A stretch of 64,000 bases of DNA from Chlorokybus atmophyticus (taxonomy: Eukaryota > Plantae > Mesostigma and Chlorokybus algae), in NCBI GenBank assembly GCA_009103225.1, contig RHPI01001715.1, forward strand, positions 386,999 through 450,998. The letters are read 5' to 3'. The translations under genes were made by a program, and so were the position numbers. Shown in pieces: positions 12,575 through 25,102 of this stretch. The notes under the pieces were generated by a model that saw only the letters and a program-made list of their open reading frames with translations, was not told the origin of the DNA and made no database searches. Position 1 is the first letter of the stretch. Each line of letters begins with the position of its first letter.

Positions 12575-14239
12575 GTCTAGCCTGATAAGCGCGCGTAGCA
12601 CAATGATCATTGTGCCGTAATTGGCTGCGAGCAGTACTGCCTGCAAGTCATACAGCTATGCACTATCGTGCATACCGCAAGCAGTGTGCTGGCAGAAGAC
12701 AAGTTCAAGCATATCCCATTGTAGTGTGGTCGTTTGCCACTGGGTGGTGGCGAGATGATACAGTAGATACAGCTGGTGACTTCGTAGGGTTACGAAGGGC
12801 CTGCGCGAGTGTTGTATATTGTCAACATGTACTTATTCACTGTAGCGCCATAGCGGGTGTGGTGTCATGCTCTTTGTTCTCGGTAGTACCTCAGTACTGT
12901 AGTTCAGGATGATTTTGACTAACGATTTTGTCGCAAACTCTGTGACTTATCTCGTCTTGACTAGCCTGGTGAGCGCAGTGCAGGGCACCATATTTGTATA
13001 CAGGATATGCTTCAATCAGTTGTATAGATGCAACCAGTACACAAGCGCGAACACATGCAATGATGATCGCATGCAAAACAACTGGGCTACTATGTACTGC
13101 AGGTTTCTACTTAGCACGCTAACTATCCTAGACCTCCCCGTTAGCCATGCATGTCAATGTGAGTTACCTGCCCACACAGGCGCACTGTCAGTTCCGCTCG
13201 CAATGGCAACAACAGTGACGATGTCAACAGCCAGGACCACTCCCTCTCCCCCTCTCCCGCTGCCTCCCTCGCCACTCTCTCCGCAACATCGTCGTTCTGC
13301 TTGCGTGTAGCACCCCACCCTAACCCTTGCTGTGCACTGCCAACGTCAGCAGTGCACAGCGCAGGGCTGCTGTGGTGCCATTGCTGGTCCGGTGCTGGTT
13401 AGGTGCTGGTTAGGTCGCTGTTGGGGTTAGGTGGTGGGGTTGGGGGTTATATGCACACTCCCCATGTACATACAATGCGAAACGGCAATGTGTTGTACTG
13501 TGTCATAAGCCTTGTGTACATACGTGTACAGAAAGTACTGGTTTACTACACTATACTGTGGTTGCAGTTGGAGCACTGGAGTGCATGACCACCTGCTTGC
13601 ACCAAACTTTTTGCGCTACATCACAGCATGCACATTCGGCACAAGATGCAACAATAATCTCACTAAGTATATAGCAAATTCCAGCTGTACAAGGGTGATG
13701 TCGACATGCTGGTCGAATACATGCATCGTGTTGCTTGCCTCAAAGCAAGTACGCAGTTCTACGTCTTGCATTCACATTTAAGTGTTGTGTCGGCCCTGTG
13801 TTAGCAGAATCTGGCCCTGGGTGGAGCGCTTGCTTCACTTACGCCATGGTAAGCGCTCCATGCAGTGTTGTTGTATACAACCGTAAATGCAATAATAATT
13901 GTGACATAGCATCATACACGCAACAACAATTGTCACGTGCAAGCACACGGTCAGTCACAGCAGTCAGAACACGCTCGACCACCGTGCTGAACTAGTGTTG
14001 TAGCTCACCTAGGTCGCCACAGTTACTACCAACACTACCGCTCACTCCATTGATCATGCAAGCATGCACATGCACAAGTGTACATAATATGCACGTGATG
14101 TATGCAACATGTCAGTGTAACCACCTGAGCATGGAGCTGTGTGTAGTAATTCAGCGGAAATAAAGGTGCTCTGTAGCAAGTTTGATTGCCTGTGAACCAT
14201 AATCTGTGACATAACACCAGAAGGGCCACCTCACCTCTT

Positions 14240-14800
14240 TTTCATCCTTGCCAACCTTGAGTGTATCCTATCGATGCAAAACAGTGAAGGTGAAATGCAT
14301 GGTGCATCAAAACCCGCACACTACATGCAGGAGTGGCTTGTTTCATAGATAATGCCATTGTGCATAGAAGCTCACCTTGTACTGATCGCAAGTAAGAATC
14401 TTTGTGCGAGAAGTCAAACATTGGCGAGCGGACGAATGCCGACACTCCATCCTCGGTTAAAACATATCGCACATGTGCTACGTCTGGCATGTTGTCCAGC
14501 GACGCCAATGGTGCATATGCCTAGCCAAACCTGCGATGGCATTGCAATGTTGCTGCGCCGTGCCATGAAACGCATACTCCGTGCTCATGCTACCATCCCC
14601 TCTCACCCTCATGCGCAAACTCCGTTGGTAGAAACCCTCGCGGAGGCTCACCTAAATTCTAGCCAAACCTTAAAAAACATTCATGAGCATCCGCTGCTTA
14701 GCTGCCTCCACCATCGGTGCATTGGCTAACCTCAATGGCAGCAGAGCATATATGCCCGGCTCGTTGAAAATGATCACGATGCCAGGGTTGCACTCGTCCG
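14240..14800 (-). other. Degenerate coding-like segment of unknown family, copy A
   Basis: Minus-strand translation gives IIFNEPGIYALLPLRLANAP...EYAFHGTAQQHCNAIAG...LDNMPDVAHVRYV...GELLCT, colinear with copy B at 17330-17700. No continuous ORF. Confidence 0.5.
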
Positions 14801-17329
14801 GTTAGTTACAAAAGCTTTTGCTGACACGGTGTGATTGAGCCGTTTGAGATGAACAGATCGACGGCTGCCGTTGGATGCGTTACATGCATAGTTTGCTGCA
14901 GGCTCTATACTTGATGAGTTGGTTCACACATGTAAACTGCCATCTTAGCATGCCATGCAACAAAGTGAGTATCAAGTCCATCATGCAATCACGCCTGCAT
15001 GGCATCATCCACACCATCCTCACAAATAGCCGCCTTACACATGCGGCATGTGTTGCAAGCAGCAGCTGCTGTATGACATGTACGCGCTTTCTATCGGTTG
15101 GGCCTTGATGCGCTGTGTAACAGCTACGCAGCGCATCGAACTGTAACTATGTTATAAAGTGTACAAAACTTGAAGGTGCTAGTACTCACATGCACAAAAC
15201 GCTTAGCACATGTTCAACATCTTCATCATCCATATGCACATCACCTATCACACCGTTATGTGTGACACCTCACTCGCCATACATGCGCAAACCCCGGGGA
15301 CCACCTTTTCGTTCATTGAAAAGTGGGCTCTGGCGGTCTGACAAGTATAATGCTTATGGGCGCAACTTCTTGTGTAGATAAGGTGGGCGATTCAGAGAGC
15401 AAACAAGAAACAATAACAACCGCTTGGAAATGCACTTCAAGCGTTACATAAGGGATGCAATACACCACCAGCCGCTACCAAAGCATACGCACAGCTGCCT
15501 ACAGTACACATGTGCTCGACCTGTTTGAATCTGATGTACACTACCCCAAACACTGCACACACTCCCCCATGTGTTGCCCTACTACTGCGGCCACTCCACG
15601 CTAGCAGCACATCCCTATCAGCAGGGCCACAGCGACAGCTCTACACAATTTGAACCCTCCTTTAGATATATGTGTCACAACAATAATAACAATCAAAGCA
15701 GCGAGGGACCAACATCAATTTGTCCTCCAGTGACCCCCCTGGGGAGAAATTATATCTCCACAGCTCGAAATGGAGACTTAACAAGGAGGACCTAAGTCGG
15801 AGAGGGTATGTGCTTGTCAATTCTGAGGACGCGCGCAAAGTACAAAAGCACGCAGCTTGCAAGCGAGATAATTGCAAAAACCTTTTACGACGCTGAACGT
15901 GTCTAAAGACACTGCTATGTGATATGTGAGCAAGCATGCCAGTGCGCACATAGTGCGTCTGTGTGACTGCGTGTGCAATTGCACTTCGAAAATTGCATGC
16001 ATGTCTGCGCATGTGGGTGCCTGTTTGTATTGATAAACAATGGTGTTTTGTGTGTGTGTGGGTGGGGGGGGGGGGGGGGGGGGGGGGGGGGGNNNNNNNN
16101 NNNNNNNNNNNNNNNNNNNNNNNNNNNNNNNNNNNNNNNNNNNNNNNNNNNNNNNNNNNNNNNNNNNNNNNNNNNNNNNNNNNNNNNNNNNNNNNNNNNN
16201 NNNNNNNNNNNNNNNNNNNNNNNNNNNNNNNNNNNNNNNNNNNNNNNNNNNNNNNNNNNNNNNNNNNNNNNNNNNNNNNNNNNNNNNNNCGCGCGCCTGC
16301 GGGTGTTGTGTTCGCACACGCGTGCGTCCTTGTGTGTGCATGTGGTTGCGCGCGTCTGGGGGCATGTGTGCGTGGGCACGAGTGGATTGGTGAGTTTGTG
16401 CGTTGGTGCATGTGTCCGTCACAACAAGCGCAAGCAACGCACCTAGCAGAAGCTGCTACGGCACCTTGTCCCTGACCACATGTCTCAGCCTTGAAGCGAC
16501 GGTGCTATTATTGTAGGCAGCAGTGTTGCGTATGACACTGGTGTGTAGTTCCGCCCATGTGTGTTGCCATATGGGCGCAACTGGTGAAATCCTAATGACT
16601 CTCCAATACATGTCCATTGCCGCGCGTAAGCAAGTTTGTAAGCGAGAGTGCGAAGACGAAGGTGATGAAGACGAGAAGAAGCAAAACGAAGAGCGGAAGA
16701 AAGAAGTTAAAGTAAGTAGTTTAGCTGAAGCAGCTTGAGGTGCTGCTGCTGGGTGATGTGGAGCGCTTATGTTAGCACAGTCATCTGCGCGCATACACCG
16801 TCTTGCATACACTTGAACAAATACTACTACCTAGATAACATGTATGCTGGCCAAGGTGATTTGCTTTGTCCAGTATAGACCACTTGCGTACAAGCAATAC
16901 CTATAACAGCGGCGGTTTGCCCTGCATTGCCGAGTGATGTAATTGAGTAACTGATAGAGTACGGCTAGGTGGTTGCACTGCTGACACATGTTGCACTTGG
17001 GGCAGCTCACATTGAGCTGGGGCAGCACCCAATAGGCGTACAGAGCAGCAAGAATGCTATACACGCCAATGGGTGTACCATGTGTATAGCGGTACATGTT
17101 GGTACCGTTCTTAATGCCTGCTTAATATTGACATCCCACAAAACCAACAAACTCACTTAAATGCATGTCGCAGGTGGGAACGAAAGATGAGTTAAGGCAG
17201 TAATCGGGGAACAATGTGGAGTTCAGGTGTGACGAAATGTTGCACGATGGTGCCCTCGCATTGCAAGATGAGTTGCTTGTGCACTGTGTCCTATATGTTG
17301 TGGTTGTGCCAGCGTGCACAAAAGCTCAC

Positions 17330-17700
17330 CTGACCACACCAAGTCATAAGTTGGTGTGCGCGAGAACATTGCTTCTCCCTTCACCGTAGCTGCTACACGC
17401 AGCACAAGTGCTACATCTGGCATGTTGTCCATACGGCGCCAAGGGCGCGACTGCCCAACCAAATTGAGCATCAAACCCGCACAGAGCATCGCATTGCTTC
17501 ATTGTCCCTACAAACGCATGCTCCTTAACAACATCCCCTCCATTATGCGGAATAACCGCAGGTTGCAACTCACGAAGAGGCTTCTCGAGACGATGTGTAC
17601 CCCGCATAACTAGTTTGGTCGGTGCGTTGGCCATCGCTAGCCTTGCAGCGATGCCCTCATCGTTGAAGATGAACACCATGCATGCGCCGTTGCCCTCCTC
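17330..17700 (-). other. Degenerate coding-like segment of unknown family, copy B
   Basis: Minus-strand VFIFNDEGIAARLAMANAP...EHAFVGTMKQCDALCGF...MDNMPDVALVLRV...GELLCT matches copy A at protein level. Confidence 0.5.
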
Positions 17701-18017
17701 ACCTAGCTAGTAGTACTCACAGGCCATTTGCCTGTACAGCTTGATCGTGGCAGGGGACCAGAAAGGCTCCCACTTCATGCTCTCCTCCTCCTCCTCGACC
17801 TGAGCAGCACTCTTGCGAGGTGCCGGGGGGCGCCATAACCATTGTGCATGACACGCCGAAGGAAGCCTCCCTAGGCGGAAAACCTGCCGCCCATGAGTAC
17901 AGCTCCTCGGCTCTTGTCGACACCCGTCGCCCCGCCGCCGCCGCCTCCCCCGTAGCAGCCAGCTATATGCACAAGCGCAGGAGACGAGGAGAAGAACGCA
18001 CATACAACGACGACACA

Positions 18018-18872
18018 TCACATGGGTAGAAAGCGCATGGGTCCAAGAATCATCAACACACAACTACTAGGTGTAGGTACAGTAACCTGCCTACTACACC
18101 AGTCCGATAAAGTCATGCCCGCCACATTGCCTAACGCCATATCGTGAGCTGGCCTAGCGTCTCGTGATGGGGCTGCCCGTACAGCACCCGCCGTCAAAGC
18201 CAAGATAGCGGATGCCTGAGAATGCTGCAGGACGACCGAAACACGTTGCCGAATCTGGGCGACCAACCGCTGAATGAAGTGTCTCTCGAACTCGCGTGCA
18301 TCAGCCACTCGGCGAGCGCACAAGGACATCAACGCGATAGCCGGTGCTCCCAGCCAGCCATGAGTCTCATGGATGGCTTTAAAGATGAAGGTGTCGGAAT
18401 CGGTGTGATCGTGATACTTGGCCTTCTTCCTGCGCTCCGCTGCCATGGCCCCCGCACCCGGACGTGATTGGCAAGCCGTAACTGTCACATCCAACAGCAT
18501 GCGACTGTCGCTGCCTGACTCGCAAGCCACAATGTCCATACGCCTCCCCTGCTGCTCGTGCTCCAACAGTGGCAGTACACCTGTCACCTCACATCTCACG
18601 ACGTAACCCGCCTCCCGTAAGATTGCAACGAGGGTGTCGCGAAGAGCGTCATGAGTAGCTATGCGGTGCCCGTCCCGCATGCACATAGACAAGTGAGCAT
18701 CCCTCGCACTCAGCAGCGGATGACCACAGGCGCAGAAACAACTCCTTGGCATGCGCCTGCTCACTGTGTCGAAGCATACGGATTGTTGCATTGGGTTTGG
18801 GGGCCCAGTGCGATGAGGAGGTGCAACAGGAGGAGGAGGATGTCCTTGACGCCCGTCCCACAGCTGAACCAA
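18018..18872 (-). mobile_element. 5'-truncated non-LTR retrotransposon fragment: CCHC knuckle plus restriction-like endonuclease (RLE; CRE/R2/NeSL type)
   Basis: ORF has CACG...H...C...HRIATHDALRD (knuckle plus RHD-like motif), then RRMDIV...LLDVTV...AAERRKKAKY...HETHGWLG, the PD-(D/E)xK RLE layout. No RT is present upstream. Confidence 0.78.
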
Positions 18873-19479
18873 GCCTACCTTGCAGCAACCTCGGTTGGCC
18901 GTTGACTGTGGCTACAAGAAGACTGGCTTGCCAGTGTTAGTCACGGCTCTAACTGTCAAGGGCCATGCACTAGGTATGACGACGAGCAACAAACGGCAAG
19001 AGGACACACGTAGTAGTAATCACGTAGAGATGTACGAGACATCGTGTGTACGTGTGTCTCCTCCTCCTGCACTATGCAGGAGGACAACCAAACGGCTGCG
19101 TCTTTGATGATGGGTAAGCTTCCACATGCTCGTGCAGTCAAGCGCAAACAACACCCACATTGCAAAACTGCCACAGACAGTCGTGGATGCGATTGTCCAC
19201 GACAAAGGTCCACGCGGGCATTGCTGCGGCACCAACGTCGGGAATCTGGTGTGTGTATGCGTATGTGTCAGCGTGCGCGTGTCTGCTTGTGGGCGGCGAG
19301 CAACACACACGCGCGCACGCGCACGCGTGCATGCATGCATCGCAGTGCGCTCGTATGTGCGTCGGCGTGTGTATGCGCATTGTTTGCACTGGAAAGCGTG
19401 CATGCGTGTGTGTGTGTGTGTGTCGCCGTGTGTTGTTGGAGTAAAGGTGGTCAGAATAGATCTGTTTACCTGCTTGCAG

Positions 19480-21200
19480 CCTGCGAGGTGGTGAAGCCGC
19501 CAGACTGGTTGAGGCTGCCGGAGGTGGAGCTCACAGAGGGGACATAGAAGGTGCTGACCGCTAACACACTGTAAGTGTGTGCAGTGCACAATCTTCATCG
19601 AGTGGAGCAAACATCTACCTTGTGTAAGCTGGCAAATACACTTCTCTCTGGACGGGTGGCTAATGCACAGGTCATCCGGCGAGGCCTAGCGCCAGATTCA
19701 GCTGGACAACAAGATGGAAGACGTCCGCTTGAGATAACGTTGTTATGACGATGAGGGTGATGATGGCGGTGATGTTGGTGGTGGTGATGATGTTGGTAGG
19801 GGCAGGTTTGACGTGAAGCTGGCAAGAAAGGTGGAGGGGACGAGGACGACTCCAAGCAGCTGTCAAGCGCGGTTCAACTTGAAGCGAGCAAGCACGGGGC
19901 ACAGACCCACAACCAATCGAGTAAGGTGCGTCCCTGTCGCTGTTTTGCACACCTTCACACGTGTGTGTGTGCGCGTCAGCAAGCGTGCATGTGTGTGCGT
20001 CCAGGAGCAGATGCCCAGCGGCGGCAGAGCCGCCACGTCATCCTAAAACAATACCCAGAACGACAACATGACCACAACATAACCATGTAACAGCAGAGAC
20101 TGCAGCAAGCACTCAAGCTTGAAGTTTGGCAGCGGCAGCGGCAGCAAGCACGCAAAGCACAGCTAGGAGAGCAGCAACCTGCAAGCGATGCGGGATGGCG
20201 CGGGCGGGCAAGGTGATGGAGCAGATGGTGAACCGGAAGAACTCCCTTCTCGTGCTGTACTTGTTGTAGTGTCCATTGCTCCCCAAGTAACGCCTTCGCA
20301 GCCGAGGGGTGCTGGCGTGATGTGCCTCGACCTCCACCACCCGCAGCTCCACTGTTCTCGCCACGGGGCTGTACGATGTCACCGTTTGAGTGTACGACGT
20401 ACGCACCAACTCAACATAATGCACCGGCGCCGCCCCATCTTTGTGTTTGGTACGCACAGGCAAACACAAAGACCCTGTCTGTCAGGTACACACCAACTCA
20501 ACATCATGCACTTGTGCATCCACGCGCGCGCGCGCACACATGCACAGAGCGGTGCCGCCTGGGCACCCTACTGTTCCACCGTTTTTCACTGCGGTTAGAT
20601 GATGGCAAGGTCAGCTGCTGTATATTGAAATGCGCTTGAGAGGGAAGTGTGTATGTGTCTTGCTGTCTTTGCGTATAAGTGTGCGTTTTGCAAGCATGCA
20701 TGCGTAGACATGTGGACATGTGCATGTGCATGCGTGCGCATGTGGGCGTGTGCATGTGGGCGTATGCGTGTGTGGCAATACAGGCATAGAGACAGTTTAT
20801 TGACATCCACGGTGTATTCTACTGGAACTGACGGCACTCAACCAGGTTCACGTGTTCGACTTGAATGAGAACAAGCATGAGTCCATGTGCAGGCAGAAGG
20901 TTGTGCACAAGGCCAAGTTGACAAAGATGTTGTTGAACCCAAAGGTGAGTGTTTTTGGCCGTATGCTGTTGCCACAACTGGCACCCTGGGGGCAACTGTC
21001 ACAGAGCATACCCCTTGCGCATTGTGTGTACAGGATTGCAGCATCTTGACGTGTTGGTTGGCGACAATTGCCGGCGTGTCAAAGCGCTAAAGCTTTTGCC
21101 AAATCTGTGCAAGCCAACCAAGTCGCAGAGCGGATGCATGCTGGCAGAGGTGGTGACCGCGAAGCCATCAACCATATGCTGGAGGAGGCCATTGCGCAGG
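19480..21200 (+). pseudogene. DNAI1: Outer-arm dynein intermediate chain 1 (IC78/ODA9) pseudogene
   Basis: Colinear exon relics: EVVKPPDWLRLPEVEL..*KVLTAN; IHFSLDGWLMHRSSGEA*RQ; DDSKQL..FN; KVMEQMVN; GVMCLD...GLYDVTV*VYDVR; AWAPYCSTVF..DDGK|VHVFDLNENKHESMCRQKVVHKAKLTKMLLNPK; VLVGDN...LKLLPNL. These match the IC78 sequence as I recall it. Stops at 19545, 19687 and 20387, plus frameshifts and missing central WD40 exons. Confidence 0.85.
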
Positions 21201-21792
21201 TGAAACTCTACCAGTTATACCCAGTGGTAGTGGTTGTACTTGTGCTGCCAATACTGTGTGTCATACGTCGTGTACATCAGCGAGTGCTTTGGCAAATGCA
21301 CCCGGTTGCCATGATCACCTTAACCAAACAGACACCATGCCAACCATGCTCTCCTTGCCTGCAAGACTTGTACTTCCGACTAGTATGTCCAACCTGGTTC
21401 ATGCATAGCTTTGCACCGGACCTGCTTGCGCAGGCATACACCAAATGCGAGACAAATCCCTTGCAACAAACAACTGGGCCAGCAGACCTGACATATATTA
21501 CACCAGTTGGGCGAGGCAAAAGGGGTTCAATGGTCGGCTTGAAGCATGCCAATCATATGCATGCACTTTATGAGATTGGCCAATCACACAACCAGTACCC
21601 GCTGGCGCACGCTCAACGCTGTTAGAGGGGTGCTTAAAGTAGTTGCTGCTACGCACGTTTTCTGGAACATGCAATGTGTTACTGTAGTACAAAACAACCA
21701 TTACTCTGTTGCCCTTGCAGGCGCGCATTTACAGGCAGTTGCAACCTGCAACTGGACTAGTTGGCTTGCAGATGTTGTTGCAGCCTGTGCAG

Positions 21793-22899
21793 TTATGCAA
21801 ACAGAGGCTGTGGCTTCAATGATTTTAGGTCAGGATCCGGCAGAAAGTCCAAATGGTCACTGCACATGCACGGCACGAAATCTTAGACTTCCTGCGCATG
21901 ACCAGACCCAAATGTGCACCCATGCATCTGCTTACCGTGCTTTTGCGGCGTGGATTGCTGACTCTGTGGCTGTACGAATATCCTTGATGGAGTTCACAGC
22001 CTCTTCAAACTTCAGTTCTTCCTCTAGTTGCTCCAGTGAAACCGACGCATACCTGAAGTTCAGTGTGATGTGCGAAGAATACCAACAGCGAAGCAAAAGC
22101 AGGGACCTCTGTTGACAGCATACATGCAATATATATGCTGTATAGCTTCTTGCAATACACGACAGAGCCATAAGATGTGCTCTTTGGCTCGCAGCATGTG
22201 GACTCACTTGCTATCCAGATCTTTGATCTCATTCAAGAATGAAGCCATGCCCTTGCTGTCAGAGAACTGCAAAGGCTTCCCCAGCGACTGCTCCACCTTG
22301 CCCAATGCGGACAGCAACTCGCGCTCAATGTCATGTGTGTTCACACCAAGTCTGTTATGCACACAGTTATGGCCTATCTGCCTTGAACACATTAGGCAAA
22401 TGGCGTGTTACGGTGCATATCGACTCTTGCATGTCCTGTACATACATGGAGCCAATGGGGCCAGTCTCCAAAATGAAGGTCCTCACGTCCTGTGAGTCCT
22501 CCTCTGCAGCATCCAGAAGCCGCTCCACCCGCTCCCCAAACGAAGGAATACCAACCCTGCATGTGACGTGAGCATACTACGCATGTTGCGCGCATGCCAT
22601 AACAGGAGAAAGCACACTTACTTTGCCTTCAAGTCATCCAGCGCCTTGACGTATGCTTTGACAGCCTTCTCATCAGACGGATCCATGGGCACCTTGATGC
22701 TCTGCCTTGCTTTCTCCAGCTCTAGAAACTGGTTCTGCTGCTCTTTGTACACCGCCAACACGAAATCATCCTCTGCTCCAGCTGCTGCTGCTGCGGACAG
22801 GTGGCGATAGGCTGCGTATACGGGCTGTGCCTTCACTCCTGACTGCAGCTGCGGCAGAAGGCGCCCCACCGCACCACGGAGGGCACGGGAGAGAGCCAT
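21793..22899 (-). CDS. MGP1: Mitochondrial ATP synthase 24-kDa subunit (FAd), plant type, multi-exon
   Basis: Presequence-like MALSRALRGAVGRLL..., then IKVPMDPSDEKAVKAY, LGKVEQSLGKPLQFSDSKGM, LEEELKFEEAVNSIK and terminal PDLKSL. These parallel land-plant FAd (ITLDPEDPAAVKQY, LEKVEKDIKKPLLRSDKKGM, PDVKSL). Confidence 0.85.
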
Positions 22900-22978
22900 G
22901 ACGACGATCACAGCTCCGCCTCCACCTTCCCCCTCGCCACCTGCTCCTCAACGACGTCCACCCCCACAGGCGTAAAAC

Positions 22979-22987
22979 AAACCCTAA
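22979..22987 (+). promoter_or_regulatory. Telo-box (AAACCCTAA) in the short head-to-head interval of the FAd gene and its neighbour
   Basis: Exact AAACCCTAA about 80 bp upstream of the FAd ATG, with a variant AAGCCCTAA about 17 bp further on. The two ATGs are only about 440 bp apart. Confidence 0.4.
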
Positions 22988-23337
22988 TGAAACCAAGCCC
23001 TAATGCAAAGCTCAACCCGGCTCACCAGTTCCGAACGGGCTCTTACGATTCTGGTTTCACGCTCGTGGCTGACGTCTTCAGCAACAACGCTGCCGACAAT
23101 GCTGCTATAGCATTGAATTCATGCGGTGAATCTGATGTGACACGAGTTGCTTGACTCTCAAATCGTAGGCAAGCAAGGGTCAATAATGAGTCAATAAGAG
23201 GTGAGGTTCCGCAACAACGCTACCCACAACGCCTCCCATAGCCACTCAGTTTGTGGCCTGATGTCTTGGCATGGCTTGGCCTGGTCCGGGTTGGCCTGGG
23301 CGGTCAGGTCGTCCAGGCGGTCGGCCTGGCGTGCGTG

Positions 23338-25102
23338 ATGGAGTGCTGCCCGGCGCAAGAGCCGTCGGCGCCGTCGGCACCGCCTTGGTTTGCTAGCGGC
23401 GGAGGCGGCACAGGGGGAGGAGTAGGGTTAGCAGCAGCTGCTGCCGCAGATACGCCTGCCGTTGGACTGCGCTGGCTTGGGCCGAGCCAGCCTGCTTCTC
23501 CTGAGCAGGTGCGCAAGCGTTATTATAGTTGTACGCCAGAGCCTTTACTTGTGCAATTGAGCCTGGCGTTGCGTCGTTATTGCTCCTGCAGAAGCCTTGG
23601 CTAGGGTTTCACTGTGCCGCTGATAGCTGGCTGGCTTCTAAGTTGTTCACATGTGCAATGTTCGATTCCAAACGTCGGATTGGGCAAATTGCACGTTTTG
23701 CTGTTCGCAGTTCAGCACATAGCGAGCACACCTCCCTTGGTATACAGCGAACACATTGAATCGTCTTGATTGTGACATGTGACATCGTGTCTTCTCGGGG
23801 TGACAGCTTGGTTGATTGCATTTTAGCTTGTGATCATGCGCAAACGTCGCAGTGCATGTGCAATTACGCACAGCTAGTCGACATTGCTGCTGTCCGTGAG
23901 TGACTCATTGGCACTCGGACAGGTGTACCGGAGATTGTCTTCTCGTGCGGAGACCCCGCAAGACCATCTGGCACAGGCGCCAACTCTTGGCGTGCCCGTA
24001 GAGCGCGCAGAGCCAAGCACTCCCCAATGGCTTCCGCCTCCCTCCCGCCGTGGATGGTTGCGGCGCCGCACAGTGGCGACTCCCGCACCCTCGGCTTACA
24101 GCCATGAATGCTTCTCAGGTATGCCACTGTTGCTGCAGTAGTGCAAGAGTCGTCAGCTCAGAATAACAGCAGCTTGTGCTTGTGTAGATGAGGTGCTGCC
24201 AGCGCAACAGCTGGACAGCTCAGAGTGGTGGGTGCTGGAAGACTTTTACCAACCAGCACAAGGGCTGCAGGACTCCAAACTGCAGGCATGTTAACTTAAC
24301 TAGGCTGCCTAGCTGCCTTCTTGCGTGAAATTGTTGTTCTTGCACATGTGCGGGTATGCCGTTACCGCCGTACAGCAAGTGCAACATGTCCAGCATGACA
24401 TCTCGTCGGTATTATGATACTGCCGGATGGGCTTGTTCAGCTCAGTCCACAGCAGTGCTTACTGATTTGACGCATGGTAGTCACCGTGACAATTGCCATG
24501 CAGGATTGGCAGGTGGTGCGGGAATGGGATCGGCGCGAAGCAGAGGAGAATGGCTTTGTTGTTGTAGAGGAGGACGATGTCAGTGATGCAATGGCAGCGT
24601 TCATTGCTGCATACCTCTCCACAATCCCAGATTATCAGGTCAGTAGCTGTAAAACTGTTATTGATAATCATCTCCAATGGTCGTGGCTAACCTTCATGGC
24701 TTGGTTGTCGCAGAAAATGTCACCGCAAGAGCTTTATAAAGGTCAGTCAGAGACCATTTGCAACATCCTTCTCTTGTTGTGCGGCATGCTTCAGATTGCT
24801 ATTGTGGTGTAGAGTCCCACTGCTGTGTGCTTTGCAGCCCTGGACAACGCTCTTGGGGATGCTAGACCCATGCGATGGTCACAAAGGATGTGGCGCTGGG
24901 CAAAGGTTTTGCACCGCTACAAGTTCTACACGGATGTTGCTGTGAGGTACTTACAGCTTTTGCTGCCTTTAAATTATGCACTGCTGCTGCAGTACTGGTG
25001 TGACTTGATTGTTATGGCAGTGTGTACACCAATCCCCTGCTGGTGCGAGCAGCAGCAGTGGCAACGTGGATGTGCGTGCGCACGGCTATAAAGCTGCTAT
25101 GA
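23338..25102 (+). CDS. Conserved uncharacterised green-plant protein, multi-exon
   Basis: GT-AG exons give ...GFVVVEEDDVSDAMAAFIAAYLSTIPDYQKMSPQELYKALDNAL...RMWRWAK...VYTNPLLVRAAAVATWMCVRTAIKLL*, resembling a plant family I recall as FVLV.EED.VDG.A.F.A...P.ELQ.AL...YQNP...RAA. No function is known to me. Confidence 0.7.

Noticed and set aside
14720-14790. Bro-N domain suggested by IFNEPGIYALL
   Set aside because: The other Bro-N-like block lies downstream rather than upstream, and copy B does not keep the motif.
15662-16475. Long ORFs spanning N runs (also at 4986-5614, 26752-27053, 45588-47197, 61121-62054)
   Set aside because: Artefacts of translating assembly gaps and flanking homopolymer or dinucleotide runs.
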